Of a stretch of 64,000 nucleotides of DNA, positions 12,132 to 24,597 are shown piece after piece (position 1 is the first letter of the stretch; every line of letters starts with the position of its first letter). Below the pieces are notes generated by a model that was not told the DNA's origin, searched no databases, and worked only from the letters and a program-made list of their open reading frames with translations. Both the position numbers and the translations under genes were made by a program. Source of the DNA: Marsupella aquatica (lineage: Eukaryota > Plantae > Marchantiophyta); assembly GCA_973895155.1 (NCBI GenBank), contig OZ316896.1, forward strand, positions 2,666,001 to 2,730,000, written 5' to 3'.

Positions 12132-12293
12132 TGGTGGGTAATAGTATTTGGAGGTACTAAATACAACTTCAAAAATAAGCAACATGATGATTGCATTCAT
12201 AAAAAAAGATCTTTGGTGGATAATAGTATTTGGAGGTACTAAACACAAACTTCATAAATAAGCAAGATGATGGTTGCATTAATAAGAAAGATA
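12132..12293. repeat. Tandem duplication, about 83 bp x2
   Basis: tggtgg(g/a)taatagtatttggaggtactaaa...ttgcatt...aaagat occurs twice. Confidence 0.85.
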
Positions 12294-12355
12294 TCCGGGA
12301 AAAGGGCCAAAAATCATGCTCAATTGTTTTTTCAAACCTCCTTTTATGTTTTATT

Positions 12356-13570
12356 AACAAGTTTTCCATGCTGCACTAAGTTACTCACTGAAGTATGCAT
12401 ACACTCTGCAAACACAATGGGGTGAACACCCATCAAAATAGTTTCAGCAATGAAAGGTAAAGGATGAGAGCTTCTCAGTCTTCTATTCAAATAGGTGAAT
12501 TCAGGTAGAAAATTGGGTTTTAAATTACCAAAAATTGCATATTACATAGCCAAAGGGAGCCTAAAATCATACCAAGTGCTGCCAATGCAGCCACTAAGCT
12601 ATTTCTTTATTAAAATAAGAAATTCCCTGCCAGGGAGGCATGGCTGTGTGGTAGCTCACTTGGGTAGATTGATAGGTTTTGGGTTCAACTGTTGTGACTT
12701 ACTGGTCTCTTTCTATGGGGTTTCACATACTTATAAAAATAAAATAAAATAAAATAAACCTAAGATCAAAATAAAAATTCTCCGATAAAGCTGCTAGTAC
12801 CTGGTAACCTCATATTGGCTGGGGTAAAAAATAAGAAAATGATAGAGAAAATAGGCACAGTGCTGACCAACCCTACAACTATGGTTTTGTATTGGTTGTA
12901 TAACGCCCCAACACAAGGGGCTTAAGAAACTGGTCCGTAACCTAGCATAAGTAAAATGCTACCTTCCTTTCCCTCTATGTTCAGACTGAACATACCAATA
13001 GTCACATAATTCACATAGGCTTCTGAATAGTAAGCAATTGATTTTTTATTGTAGTTAGAAAAAAGATATAGAAGCACTACAATCACACTTAAAGCATAAA
13101 TGAAAGGAGTGAAATAAAGTGTTGCTTCAGGAAATATGGGTATAGAAAATCTTTTAAAACAATAGGTTCCCAACTTTAAAGAATATGCCAAGATTACAGA
13201 TCCAGCCGTAGGTGCACCTGAGCTTCTGGTGACCCTTCTGGTGACCAAAAAAGAATTGGTACAGTAGGCACCTTTGTGGAGAAAGAAACAAAAAAAAGCA
13301 ATTGATAGTAAGATTTGGTGTTGCTCACTAATTCTGTGGTTAGTAATATTTGTAGATCAACAGTTCCTGTTTGGAAAAAAAATTAATAAAATGGCTAGAA
13401 GCATGGTAGGAGGTGGGCCACCAACCTCAACTACCCAATAAAACAAAGTTCTCCACTAATCTGAGGAGTGGTTTTTACCCCAGTTATGGTGATATCTTCA
13501 TTAGGTATCAATAGCATTCCCTCTAACCCGGCCATTCTGCAAGTCTCCCTTCATACGGCTCTCCAAGTGA
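12356..13570 (-). pseudogene. nad4: NUMT: degenerate mitochondrial nad4 (3' exon plus the 3' end of the preceding group II intron)
   Basis: Minus-strand translation across frameshifts gives MLLAILLI..QTGTVDLQILLTTE..KVPTVP..APTAGSVILA..LKLGTY..RFSIPIFPEATLYFTPFIY..VTIGMFSLNIEG..GLVSTVPIFSIIFLFF..LPGTSSFIGEFL..RNSLVAALAALGMILG..FGNLKPNFL..CMHTSVSNLVQHGK. A domain-V-like GAGCCGTATGAAGGGAGACTTGCA lies at about 13561-13538. Confidence 0.92.
12626..12767 (+). mobile_element. tRNA-derived SINE-like insertion inside the nad4 NUMT
   Basis: A-box-like TAGCTCACTTGG (12652-12663), B-box-like GGTTCAACT (12682-12690) and an (AAAAT)n tail (12735-12758). Flanked by a duplicated nad4 target: aaaataagaaattc (12612-12625) and aaaataaaaattc (12768-12780). 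Confidence 0.7.
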
Positions 13571-16500
13571 TCCTTGAGCTTATAGACTAATTGGAAGTTT
13601 TAAGGGCCATCTGGCCTCCCCACACTCCGAGAATACCCTGTGTTCCTCTGAATTCTAATCCGACTAACCAAGGTCAGACCCCGCCCACTGCCCAGGCTTT
13701 CTTGTTTGGGTTAGACCTCTTGCCTCAAGACAAGATGAACAGTATGAGAGTTTTTACTTATAATGTTATCATCTGGTCCATCTGGGCCAGAGTATTTACG
13801 GACCCCCATTAGGGGTCTTTTCCAAAATTCCTGGCACCACATCATCATGGCACGTTGCAAACAGGAAGAGGCTTGTTTTTGGATAAAATAAACTTTTGCA
13901 TTCGTGTTTGTGGCAACTTTGCTGTAAAATTTGGTACACCATACCGTAAAAAGGAATGTAAAAAAAATTGACATGCAATCAAAAGACAAAAAGATTGAGG
14001 TTAAATTGTTCCTAGTAACGGTTTTATTTACATTTTGATTTTATTCAAAATATAAAATTTTCTTGACAATAATTTTCTATTTGACATTGCTGAATAAAAT
14101 CATAATGAAAACTCACATATAATATGGCGTTGAAAAGATCTTGAAGAGACGGTCCTGATGAGCTCAGCATTGTCACCATTTGGTAAGAATTGAGTAAGTA
14201 ATTTGAAATAAATAGTTTACCCGTGATTTCATAATCTCTAACGTGAATAGAAATCTTTGTTGTACAACCCCTGAAATGTTGATTCCTTCCATGAGAAAGA
14301 ACCTAAATTGACAGATTTTATTGAGTACTAAGGAGATTATAAATTCTAGAATTTCTTTAGCTTTTTAATGAACTTAACATTGATAGATTTAGTTGAGTTA
14401 TGAGGAGATTATAAGTTTCCAATGTTCTCTAGCTTTCCAATGAGTGTAACATTGAGAGATTTTATCAAGTACTAAAGTGGTCATGAGTTTCTAAATTTCT
14501 ATAACTTTGGATTGATCTACAATTGGAGATTTGTTTTCATGAAACTTTTTGTCTCAAATAAATCCTGCGAAGTTAGTGATTTGATGACATTGATGACTTC
14601 TCTCTCTTCGTCTATCTATGTGTAGGAATTGAAAAGTGATTACGCTTGATGCAACTTGAGTGAATCCAACATCCCTTCGATATTGTGGAGGAAACCATCG
14701 AGCACCGTTTGTTGAAGTGGGCAATTAAGCTATCCACACATTAAACAATAGTTCACATTAGAGCCGGCTTTGTGATTGATGGTAATTGTGGTTGCATTGG
14801 TAAGTTTGGCAACTGTTTCAAGTGGTAAACATTGACTTGTCCATTTTTGAATTTTTTATCTTTACATTTGGGGGTCCATCTAGGCTTCAGTTTCTAGTAA
14901 TTGACTCTAAAATAACATGGGGTTCCACGGATTAATTTCTAAGGTTTTTTGGTTTTAGCCAGCGGCTCTAAGGGAAGAGATACTATGAATATTCTATATC
15001 AGTTTTTCCTTGATTATAATTATCCTGACTGACTGTCAGATATCCCTAGATCTATGGATGACCTTTACATTCTCTAATGGGTCCATGATTTGGAGGGGAA
15101 ATGGGAAACGGCATACAAAGAATCTAGCCAATTCAGCCAGTGGCGAACATTCACTTTTGGGGAGTTGGAATTTGGCAAATATTTACACCTAGAAAATATT
15201 CTGTAGTCTGGGCCCATCTTCTATATCATGGATAGGATAGTCAATTCAAAAAATTCTCTACTATCTTGAACCAACTACTACTGTACTATCTTGAACCAAC
15301 CACTCCGGTAGGGTACCGACAGCCGTTTCTGGTGCGCTATGGAGCATAACATCCTGTTTAAGCGAATCATGAATATTCGTTTTCTTATTACCTGAGCGAA
15401 ACGCTGAGTGCGATACGTCATCATTTGAGCCGATCATGCTACAATGTGGCCCATCTCGGATCCTTTGAACAAGAAATGGTCTATTTGAGAAACACTTCGT
15501 AATAGCTATCACGTGATTTGGTTGTGAGATCGAAGAAGAGGAAAAGGAGCAGAATGCAATCAAATTGCTATATTGAAATCGCGACCCAACTGGGCGAGAA
15601 ATCAATTGACGAAGCACCCACCTCTGGCTCGAGCGATTTCGTGGGGGAGCTTGTGGTGCCAAAGTCAGTATGTGCTGAAAATTTCAGCCACTGCCGTTGC
15701 CGAGTGACGAAACGGAAACATCCAAGGTTAGATGGAAATTTTGTCTTTTAGGAAATTCTCACTGCTTTCAATGCGTGCTGTACAGAATTCTCACGTTTCA
15801 GGGTTCTGGATGAATCTTAGCATGGTGGTTGTGAATTTGTACCTTCTACGCGTTTTCTGGGATGGCTGGATAGGGAAGATAGAGTCATCGTCTCATGAAT
15901 CTACATGCAGTGTTTCTGTGCTTGGCCAAAAAGGGGAGCGTCGATGGCTTGCAGCTCAGCAACACTTGATGATTTCAGCATTAATTGCGTTTGTCCATGG
16001 TCCTCTTTAGAAGATCTGTGACATATGGGCGAATTACATTCCAGTCCCAATGCTTGGGTTTGCCTTCGTGGAAAGGGTTTTAAGATTCACGCTTCACCTA
16101 ACTACGTAAGTGTCAAGTCTTTGTTTGTGGTTGTGGGGAGAGGATTTCTGCCATCAAGGTAGCTGGGCTATTTTTTCGGTTTTGGTGTGTCGGAGGGCAT
16201 TTTGGGCGTGTGGTAGTAAGCCTAATGTTCCTTGTGTTTGTGGCAGTAGAGTAAAGGATTGCTCTGCACGGAATTGAGGCTGCTCCGCTTCTTCTGGCCT
16301 TCACGTCAGGAGAATTCAAGCCTAGGGTTGAAAACATTATTGTGTGCACTTTAACTCTGCTACTGCCTGAACGCCATCCCTCCCGTGTGGTGAAAGTATG
16401 TCCTGTAAGCTTGATTTTCATTCTAGAGCGTGGAGAATATCCTCAAGTTTCTCATCCGAATGCAGCCGGACCCTTGAGACCAGTTCGTGGCGATATACTT

Positions 16501-16765
16501 ATCCATCGCTTGAATGATTCACGTAGCTTTCACTCCTCTACCTTCCACATAACGTTTAAAGAGCCAAAAGGACCTAGGGATGTTTGGCGACATTTCTATT
16601 TTAGCAGGTAGTCAATAGCCTGATTTGTTGTTCTGAATTATATCTCGAACTGACCTTTTGTGTTGCTGACATCTACCAGTTTTACCAATTATGAGCGAGA
16701 CCACATATGGTGAAGGAAGGAAGGAGATAGATACGAGAGAAAGATAGATAACGTCATCATTATCC

Positions 16766-18234
16766 ATGAATACATCTCAAGGTCACGGTTCCGAACCTGG
16801 AGGTGACGATGACTCTGGTCTGCTAGTATTGGGCTCTGATCTGGTAGTTGAGACATCGATGTTTACGAAGACTTCTGAGGCATCCACTTCAGATTCTCAA
16901 TGCGTTACGGAAAGGAGTTTGAACGAGGATTATTCTGATTTGGATGAGCTCCAGTTTCTTAGACTGGAAGGTGTCGATTTGAAGCAGAGACGCATTGTCA
17001 GAATTGTAGGAAAATTCTTGCCTGGTAAGTTTGTTTCCATCTGTTACCTTAAAGCAATTGCATTAAGTAGACCGGGATTGGATCAATTTCACTCTGTACA
17101 CCGGTTTTCTGTTGTCTTGGAATCATCCAGCCTAATGTTGGCATATGAATGTAGGGAATTGTATGGGGATCTGGCACAAATTTTCTGTCCTCCCTCTGCC
17201 AATTCATTTGGTGATGTTTGGAAATAGTCCTGCCAACCAAAGATTCTGAACCTTGACCGGATGTGACTGGCTTTTCTTAATCACTTGGTCAGCTACTCAC
17301 TGATTGTGGTTGCTTCAAATTTTTTCACTGTCATTCTTCATGTTTGTTCAACTCTCGACGTGCGGACTAAGACAGGGCCCCTGAATTGCAGCAACGGTTA
17401 TCAATGGTGAAAGGCTTCAACAGTATGTTACAAGAAAATTGACCGATGCTATACAGGATGAGGACTTCTGCATTGTGTACTTTCACACCACGGTTGACCG
17501 TGCAGAAAACTCTCCAGGGATGCTCACCCTGAGGCGCATTTACGAGAACCTCCCCCAAGAGTTACGACAACAGCTGGGAGCAATATATGTGGTGCATCCT
17601 GGATTACGTTCAAGGCTGGTGCTTGCTACTCTTGGCAGGTTTTTCTTGAGTGAAGGGTAATCTCTTAACTCTCTTTCTTTGTTGGTACTCTGCTTGGCAG
17701 ACATCAAACCTGTTTTATTTTAAATGCTTTTTACAAACACGAGTCAAAATGGTATCAGCATTTGTGTCGTTCTGGGCTCTCATGTTGATTGTAACATAGT
17801 ATCTTGGATTTCCTCTCACAAATCTAGACAGTAATCGACCCTTAAGAAGGGAAGATTTGGGCTAGTCCTTCAAAGTTAATGTTCTTGACTGCGTTGTGGA
17901 TAAAAATATCGTGAGTCATTTGAGTGTATCCAGATAGACCATCTCTGACTTACAATTACGACGTACTGGAGCTGGGTACTATCTGACCTTCAAGGTGTGA
18001 TTTGCATCATGTGTTAGGTTTTATTCCAAGTTGGAATACGTCAGCCGTATTGAGTTTCTGTGGGGTATTATCGTGAAGAAGGGCCAACTAGAAGTTCCTG
18101 AGTTTGTGCGCGAGCATGACCTGGACCTTGAACACAGGCCTCTGATGGACTATGGCTTTGAAGCGGATCCCTACTCATATGCTGCTGGTCCTGGGATGGG
18201 TGTGACACACTTTCCCACAAGGACTTTTGGTTGA
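16766..18234 (+). CDS. CRAL-TRIO/SEC14-like (BCH/GDAP2-like) domain protein; exons 16766-17024, 17392-17656, 18018-18234
   Basis: The spliced frame is continuous across GT-AG introns: LQFLRLEGVDLKQRRIVRIVGKFLPATVINGERL..FCIVYFHTTV..ENSPG..LRRIYENLP..IYVVHPGLRSRLVLATLGRFFLSEGFYSKLEYVSRIEFLW..PEFVREHDLDLEHRPLMDYG. Confidence 0.88.
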
Positions 18235-19232
18235 GACACAAGATTTGCGGGAAGAATTTAAGAGCATAAGCAAAGAAGCCTGCTTTGTGTTTCCTTGAAA
18301 TTACTGAAAACCGGAGGTAGAACCAGTATGTTTCTGTTATCCTGGAAAGGCTCAAAAGGGGTAAATGTATGATGTAAGCAGTAAAAGAAGCAAATATCAA
18401 AGGGAGACGGAATAGATTCATTGTACAGCCTGGTATCTGTCTGTAATCCATACGTTTATCTTTATTTGAGTATGCATTGAAAACATGAGGAGGACTAGGT
18501 CAGAATGTTTCAGAAACTTTGCCTGATTGATCGAATTGTTGCTCGCATATGTCCGATTCACGTGCTTCCTGAAAGAACCACAATTAAGCCAGGCTTGGTA
18601 ATAAAAAAAGCCATTTTCCGTTGGATCTTGGAGTCCTTGATTCAGTTTGCAAGAGACATCTACAAGTAGGTGGAGATGCCACGCGCGAGAACTTGGCGTC
18701 TACAGATTCTCAATGGACCTCCCTATTACAATTTTGTTCGTTTTCTCCTCTGATGAGGAATTTGGTGTACTTAACTGCGGTTTTATAGCCAGAGTGTCCT
18801 GCATCTGCTCCGGCCACAGAATTTTACATCTTATCTCCCGAGGTAGTATGAGCAACCCTACTTTGAAACCTTTTCAAGCAGCCCACTCTTGAAATCACAG
18901 ACTGAGTAACTCTCCATGCCAGTTGGAGAGATTGAATGGCATTTTCTTGAGCATGTGATCAAGGCCAATTTGATAACTACTTCGAAGGGTAACACGGCCA
19001 AGTTCCAGAAAGACAGCTAGGCTGACAGTGGGACGATCCTCGTCTGCCAACAATAACCTCCACAGGATTTACTTGCCAATCCCAGAGAGTGACCATGAGC
19101 GCAGCACAAGTTTCAATGGCAACATAGCCACGCCCTACAGAGATTGGATAACAGTGTCACCATCAACACGAAGCTGGAACTACCACATGCATAGACTAAG
19201 AATCACACCAATGATTAGGTGGCATTGACATA

Positions 19233-22200
19233 CTATATTACGTCAGGATCACTACTACGAGCTTGTTGTGATACATGTTTGACATGCACTTGGAATAAAA
19301 CATTCGGGAGAGTTCCCATCAGTGACTCCGGTTCTACACCGGATTGCTCGCTGATTGCAAAGTCATTGCTACGAGTTGGCTCCCGTTCTACATTGCATTG
19401 CAAGCAGTTTGCAGAGCCCTTTCTTTCGTCTATACCAGTTCGCTCCTGTTTTACACTAGGTTGCACGCCAGTTGCAGCGCAATTTCTCTCATCTATATCA
19501 GTAGGCTCCTGTTCTACACTGGACTGCAAGCCAGTTTCAGCGCCGTTTAGTTCATCTAATACAGTTGGCTCATGTCCTACGCTGGATCGCAAGCCGTTTA
19601 TCTCCTCTACGTCCAACTTTAATTTCATCTGTACATTTTCTTGAAGATGACCCTTTTGGTCCAAGCTCTGCCCATCACTAGAGAAATGACTGCTGTCTCT
19701 GCTATCGTCACTGCCATAGCCAAGCAAGCCATTCCATTTAGGCGGCTCGTCAACTTTCGAAGTATCGTTACATGGAGAAGTCTCAACCAGATTCGCTCCA
19801 ATGGCGTTCTCCAGGTTACCACAGCTTTCACGTGGTCGTCTTTTTGCACCTTCCTTGTGCCATTGTGGGAAGATTTTCCTTTTCGCAGTTAAAATTTTTA
19901 CATTTCCCAAAATGCCACACTGGGAACTCTTTCTATTTGGCTTGGCAATTCCAACACCAGATGCCTGTGTTTCAAGTGAGCTTCTGTCTTGGCCCACGTT
20001 ACCCAAACCATCCCAGGGTCCAGGGGCCACCATCTGGATACCCGTGGAGCCAGAAACAGATCTCGTTAGGGGTGCCAGCCCACCCTTACCACTTCGCTGG
20101 CCAGACGTATCTCTGGATTTCAAAAAGGCCTGATGCCGTTCATTCCTTTCGACCTCTTCAGCCTGGAAACATTTCAAACAAGGCACCGCTTCCTCACTGA
20201 GTACCACATAATGTGAATGTTATGATACTTCTGATATATGTCATGAACCAAGTTTGTGTGCTTATCAATAACACTTCTCAAGACAAATCTTCTGAGAAGC
20301 AATAAAAAATATGGCAAGACCAGCAGTATACATAGGCATACATGGTTCAAAGCACTCTGGCCTGGGAATTACAATACAGTGGTCCTACGCATTTCAAGAA
20401 CAGTGCTGAAACGAGAAAAAGTTACCTTAATAAATGGATCGTTGCAGAACTTCGAAATGTGACCCTTTCGCCCACATCTGAAAAGGAAGGTAGTTAACAA
20501 GCTTAGAACCCCATAACCAACCTTGTGAGATTGTTACTGCTTGGCCAGACATCGCGCCACATCACCAAATTAGTAACATCACCATGCCATGTCCACTAGT
20601 TCCTGACTGTTACGAAGGTATATCAGACCAAGGTACCTGAATGATACTTCTGTAGTTTCATGTCACTAACAAATCCATATTCTGCCAACCATCCTTGTCA
20701 TGACAGATAAATGCATATTCTCATGACTGTTATAACATGTCTGCAACAACAAAAGCGAACAGTACCTTCAAATACACTCAACCTCCTTAACAACAAGAGC
20801 CGCTAGGAACTAAGATGATGTCGATATGCCTTTTGGTAATATATATCCAAAATCTTTAAATGGTCCGTACTCACAACTCCCCCCACATCCACAGCTGAAA
20901 ACTAGACTCCAACCACTGTTGGTGCAATGGCTACATTGCGACAAACCACAAATTCGACAGACTCGATGCCTTGTCAGGGTAGAATCACTCAGAGTCTAGA
21001 CAAGGAAATGTCTGTGAGATTACTTGTGACAGGAGACATTTTTGCAGTTCCGCTGAAGATGACCTCTCTCTCCACAACGACTGCAAGTGACACCCTCAAC
21101 ACACTCCCAAGCCATGTGCCCTCGTCTGCAACAATCGGAGTTCAGCACCGGTGAGCATTTCAACCACTTCCCATATATTACGTAGAAGAAATACACGGCT
21201 AGAGGTAGGAGACAGGCACAAATGCTAATGACGCACATTAATTTGGGGACCATGGAAAAGAGAATCGATCCGGATAATCTGCAATGGAGGAGTTACATGG
21301 TTCAATGGATCAGATTGTCCTTACACAGTTTCAGTTTGAGTATTAGTAAAACAACTTGGCTACTAAGAAATATTGTGTAAATCATTTGGCATGCACCACA
21401 AATCTTTGAGGTTCGTCACAATGGTACTTTTACGCTAGACTTGTAGATGCACCAAACCCATCGGCAGTATGCTGTATTGCACTTAGGAAGCACGGAGAAA
21501 CTTTGGCTTATATATCAAACTAAATCAGGAAAGAGTCCAATTGCCTTGCATGGGAGTAAGACTGTTAGGAAGGCACAGAATTTATAACTCCTATCTTTGA
21601 CATTGGAACGCTCACTACCGGTACTACAGCTTTGAGTTCTCTATTAACCTATCGGCTTCACAACATTAACCTGTTAGGGTACCCGCACAGTCTGTGAGCT
21701 ATGTTTCGGTGAAATAAAGCGGAATTGACTAGAAAGGTGAGGTGTCGTTCCGCGTTTGACTGTAACGATAAATTAACCTAACAATTGGTGACATGACTGG
21801 TAGAAGACTGGACTAAAATCGTGCTTGCTAAGATATCTTCCAATGACTCCAAGCCTGATATTTATACGTAGCAAGTCAAAGAAAAGCCAACGGGATCTGT
21901 GATTGGCTACGCTGGACCATTGTAATAACGGAAATTCCTCGCGTGGAGTGTAAAATTTTAATTCAGATCACAAAGCACACCCAAATTTTGAGAAGCCAGA
22001 AAAACTTATCCTGCTCGTTTAAGAGTCACATTCGAAACCCTAATCTGCGAAGGTAACTTGGGATTTTTTTAACATATACAACCCTGTTTGCGTAGGCTCA
22101 AGAGAGAAAACATTCTTTATTACAGACTGCCCACAACCAAAAATTCATTGGCGGACATTGATACATTGACTAACGAACGATTTACATAAGAGGATGGATC

Positions 22201-22478
22201 TCAAATTGAATTACACACTCGGATAAACCCGAAGCAAAGTCGAAAGCAAACTCTCACCCTCACGTTTTCACACAAAAATTTAGGTGATTCGTACTTTTCA
22301 ATTTTCAATCATCCAAATCTAGAGGACGGAGGAAGTGCATGAGCCACAACAGAGAGGGAGAGGTCGAGAGGGATGCGTACCCGTTACAGCGGAAGCAAAC
22401 GTGGAGGGAGCATTCGCGAGCCAAATGACCACCGCGACCACAGCGATGGCACGGCCCAGACGTGTGTTGATTGCTCAT
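19233..22478 (-). CDS. CCHC zinc-knuckle protein (4 knuckles) with a low-complexity C-terminus; exons 22478-22381, 21125-21024, 20477-20426, 20162-19233
   Basis: Splicing rebuilds CHRCGRGGHLAREC, CFRCNGRGHMAWEC, CSRCGERGHLQRNC and CHKCGRKGHISKFC with compatible intron phases (2,2,0). The start codon and the true 3' end are less certain. Confidence 0.8.
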
Positions 22479-22813
22479 CTCGGGAGGACGTCGCACGAGA
22501 AGGTGCCGGAATTAGGTCATCCGCCATCGCTGCTCGCAGAATCCAAACCTCCTCGCTTCTCATCTCTCCCCATTATAATTCTCGGTTGGTACCATCAGCA
22601 CGTCGTGTAGGGGGAAACGAGAGTAGAGCTCGGATGGACCTCCACTTTGTCTATGAGGCCCAGATAGACTGGCAAAGCTTGGATGGACTTGCTCACAACA
22701 TTTCAACTGACTCAGATAACACTATTTACATTTTTGACTGAAATGTGACCAAATGTGACCTGTATATGGTCTCCTCGTTCGTTGCAGTTACATTATTGAA
22801 CCAGTTTCCTCAG

Positions 22814-22995
22814 TAACTTGAGTACTTGATTAACTTGAGTACTTGATTAACTTGAGTACTTGATTGAAATCAAGAAGCCATGCCATTACTCACTATCACC
22901 ATGACATCTTGGCTATTTTCTCCCCATGGTAGTCAAAGTGGTCATTGCAATCTGTACTTTCTCCCCATGGTAGTCAAAGTGGTCAATTGCAATCC
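22814..22995. repeat. Short tandem repeats
   Basis: taacttgagtacttgat x3 (22814-22864); ttctccccatggtagtcaaagtggtca..tgcaatc x2 (22918-22994). Confidence 0.85.
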
Positions 22996-24499
22996 GCAAC
23001 CGGTTCCTATTTCTTTTTGGTGTAAAAGTGGTTGTTGCTGTACACAGTCCATGGGCAAGAACAATGTCTCAGCCCATCTGGGCTTTGTTTCCGTGTAGGG
23101 ATCATAATACTTCAACCTACCCTCCAGATTTAGTTAGTATACAGTTTTGCGTTCTTCCACCTTCATCGTTCACTCCCATAGTATCCTTCCTGGTCTATTT
23201 GACAGATAAGGACTTTGGAGAGCATAGTTTTCCCCTCCTTCTCTCCCTCTCTCCCTCTCAACATCCCACATATCCCCATCTCATCTCATGGAAAATGATA
23301 GAACAAACCCTTGAGTGTTGTTGGAGATTTACTCTTTATTTCTTGCAAGTCTTAATTTGCTAAGGTATGTCTTACCAAGACCAACTGGGGTAGCACAAGA
23401 TTTGTTTGAGTGACCCCTGTTATCATAACCTTCCTGGTTCCTAGCAGACTCCTTGATTTGATGCAAACGTGTCAGTCTTTCATGATTTTCTCCAACACAA
23501 TGACACTTGGCATCCAAACCTTCTCACAAATACAGTCATTGGAGGTGCCAATTTGTATATTCTTCAGTGTATGTCCAAGATGGTCCTTCAAAGACTCTAT
23601 TTCAAACTTGGAATGTGGATATTCAGTTTTTTAAAAAGCAAAAAAGCATACAATTCAGTCCACACATTGTCTGGGATAAGATCATGGACCTTCCTTTCTG
23701 GGCCATCTTGGTGATATAAATCTCAAAGTACACAATACAAGGTGAACCTTATGCGAGGTGGACAAATTCAACTGTCATTTGTTTCTTCTCATTGGAAACA
23801 TTTGCCGTGCACTTGTGAATTTTGGAGTTGCTTGCAGTGTGGATGTGGCTTGGTAAGACAGATTTGCTGGAAATATTGGCTATTTCTATCTCACAAGAAG
23901 AGCCAGTTCGAGTACCAGTTCCTCAACATCAGAATCAGCATAGCATGGGAGATCTTGATCTGCCATTTGCTTCATCTATGTGTGTAGATCTTATGATGCT
24001 GATTGAGCCACATATGTATGCAGAAATCAAACAACAAACAATCTGCAAAGTAGAATCTGTTCAGATTTCAAAAGTCTTACAACTGAAGCTACCTGAGGAC
24101 TCACAATAGCTACTATAGGACTGCAATAAACTCTCGAATGAAATGCATGAGGAAATAAATTGGCACCTGCAAAATGGTCCAAAAACATCCAATTCTCAAT
24201 TTCTTGGCAGTCATCAATTGTCCCAACCAATTTCAAGGTGACCAAGCCTGCAAAGCACATATCGTAGACTTAGGTCTAGAGTTATGATTGCAGCCATAAT
24301 TAGGGCTAGCCTTACAAACTTGCTTAGGTTAGTCATGCTATACAATATACGCACAAGCAAGTTGTTGCTTGTGAGAAGAAACTCAAACTCATTATTACGA
24401 GCTAGTTGAGATATATGGAGAACTTGCATTGCAGATATTTCATATGGTTGATGGGCCTAGAATGCAATAAGAATCTTGTGTGTTCAGTTCATGTGGACT

Positions 24500-24597
24500 G
24501 AATCTTAGCTCAGGTGAACCACATATATTTGACGGAATCTTAGCTCAGGTGAACCACTTATATTTGACGGAATCTTAGCTTAGGTGAAACACATATC
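24500..24597. repeat. 35-bp tandem repeat x3
   Basis: gaatcttagctcaggtgaaccac(a/t)tatatttgacg is repeated; the third copy is degenerate. Confidence 0.85.

Noticed and set aside
12643-12700. tRNA gene
   Set aside because: A/B-box-like motifs are present but there is no cloverleaf or anticodon arm; better explained as a SINE head.
23000-24480. Possible decayed coding or TE sequence (also about 4800-5600, 44500-45110 and 49900-50900)
   Set aside because: Only short broken ORFs with no RT, integrase or transposase motif that I can recognise; needs tBLASTx/RepeatMasker.
24500-24597. 35-bp repeats superficially like a CRISPR array
   Set aside because: Repeats are contiguous with no unique spacers, no cas genes are present, and the context is eukaryotic.
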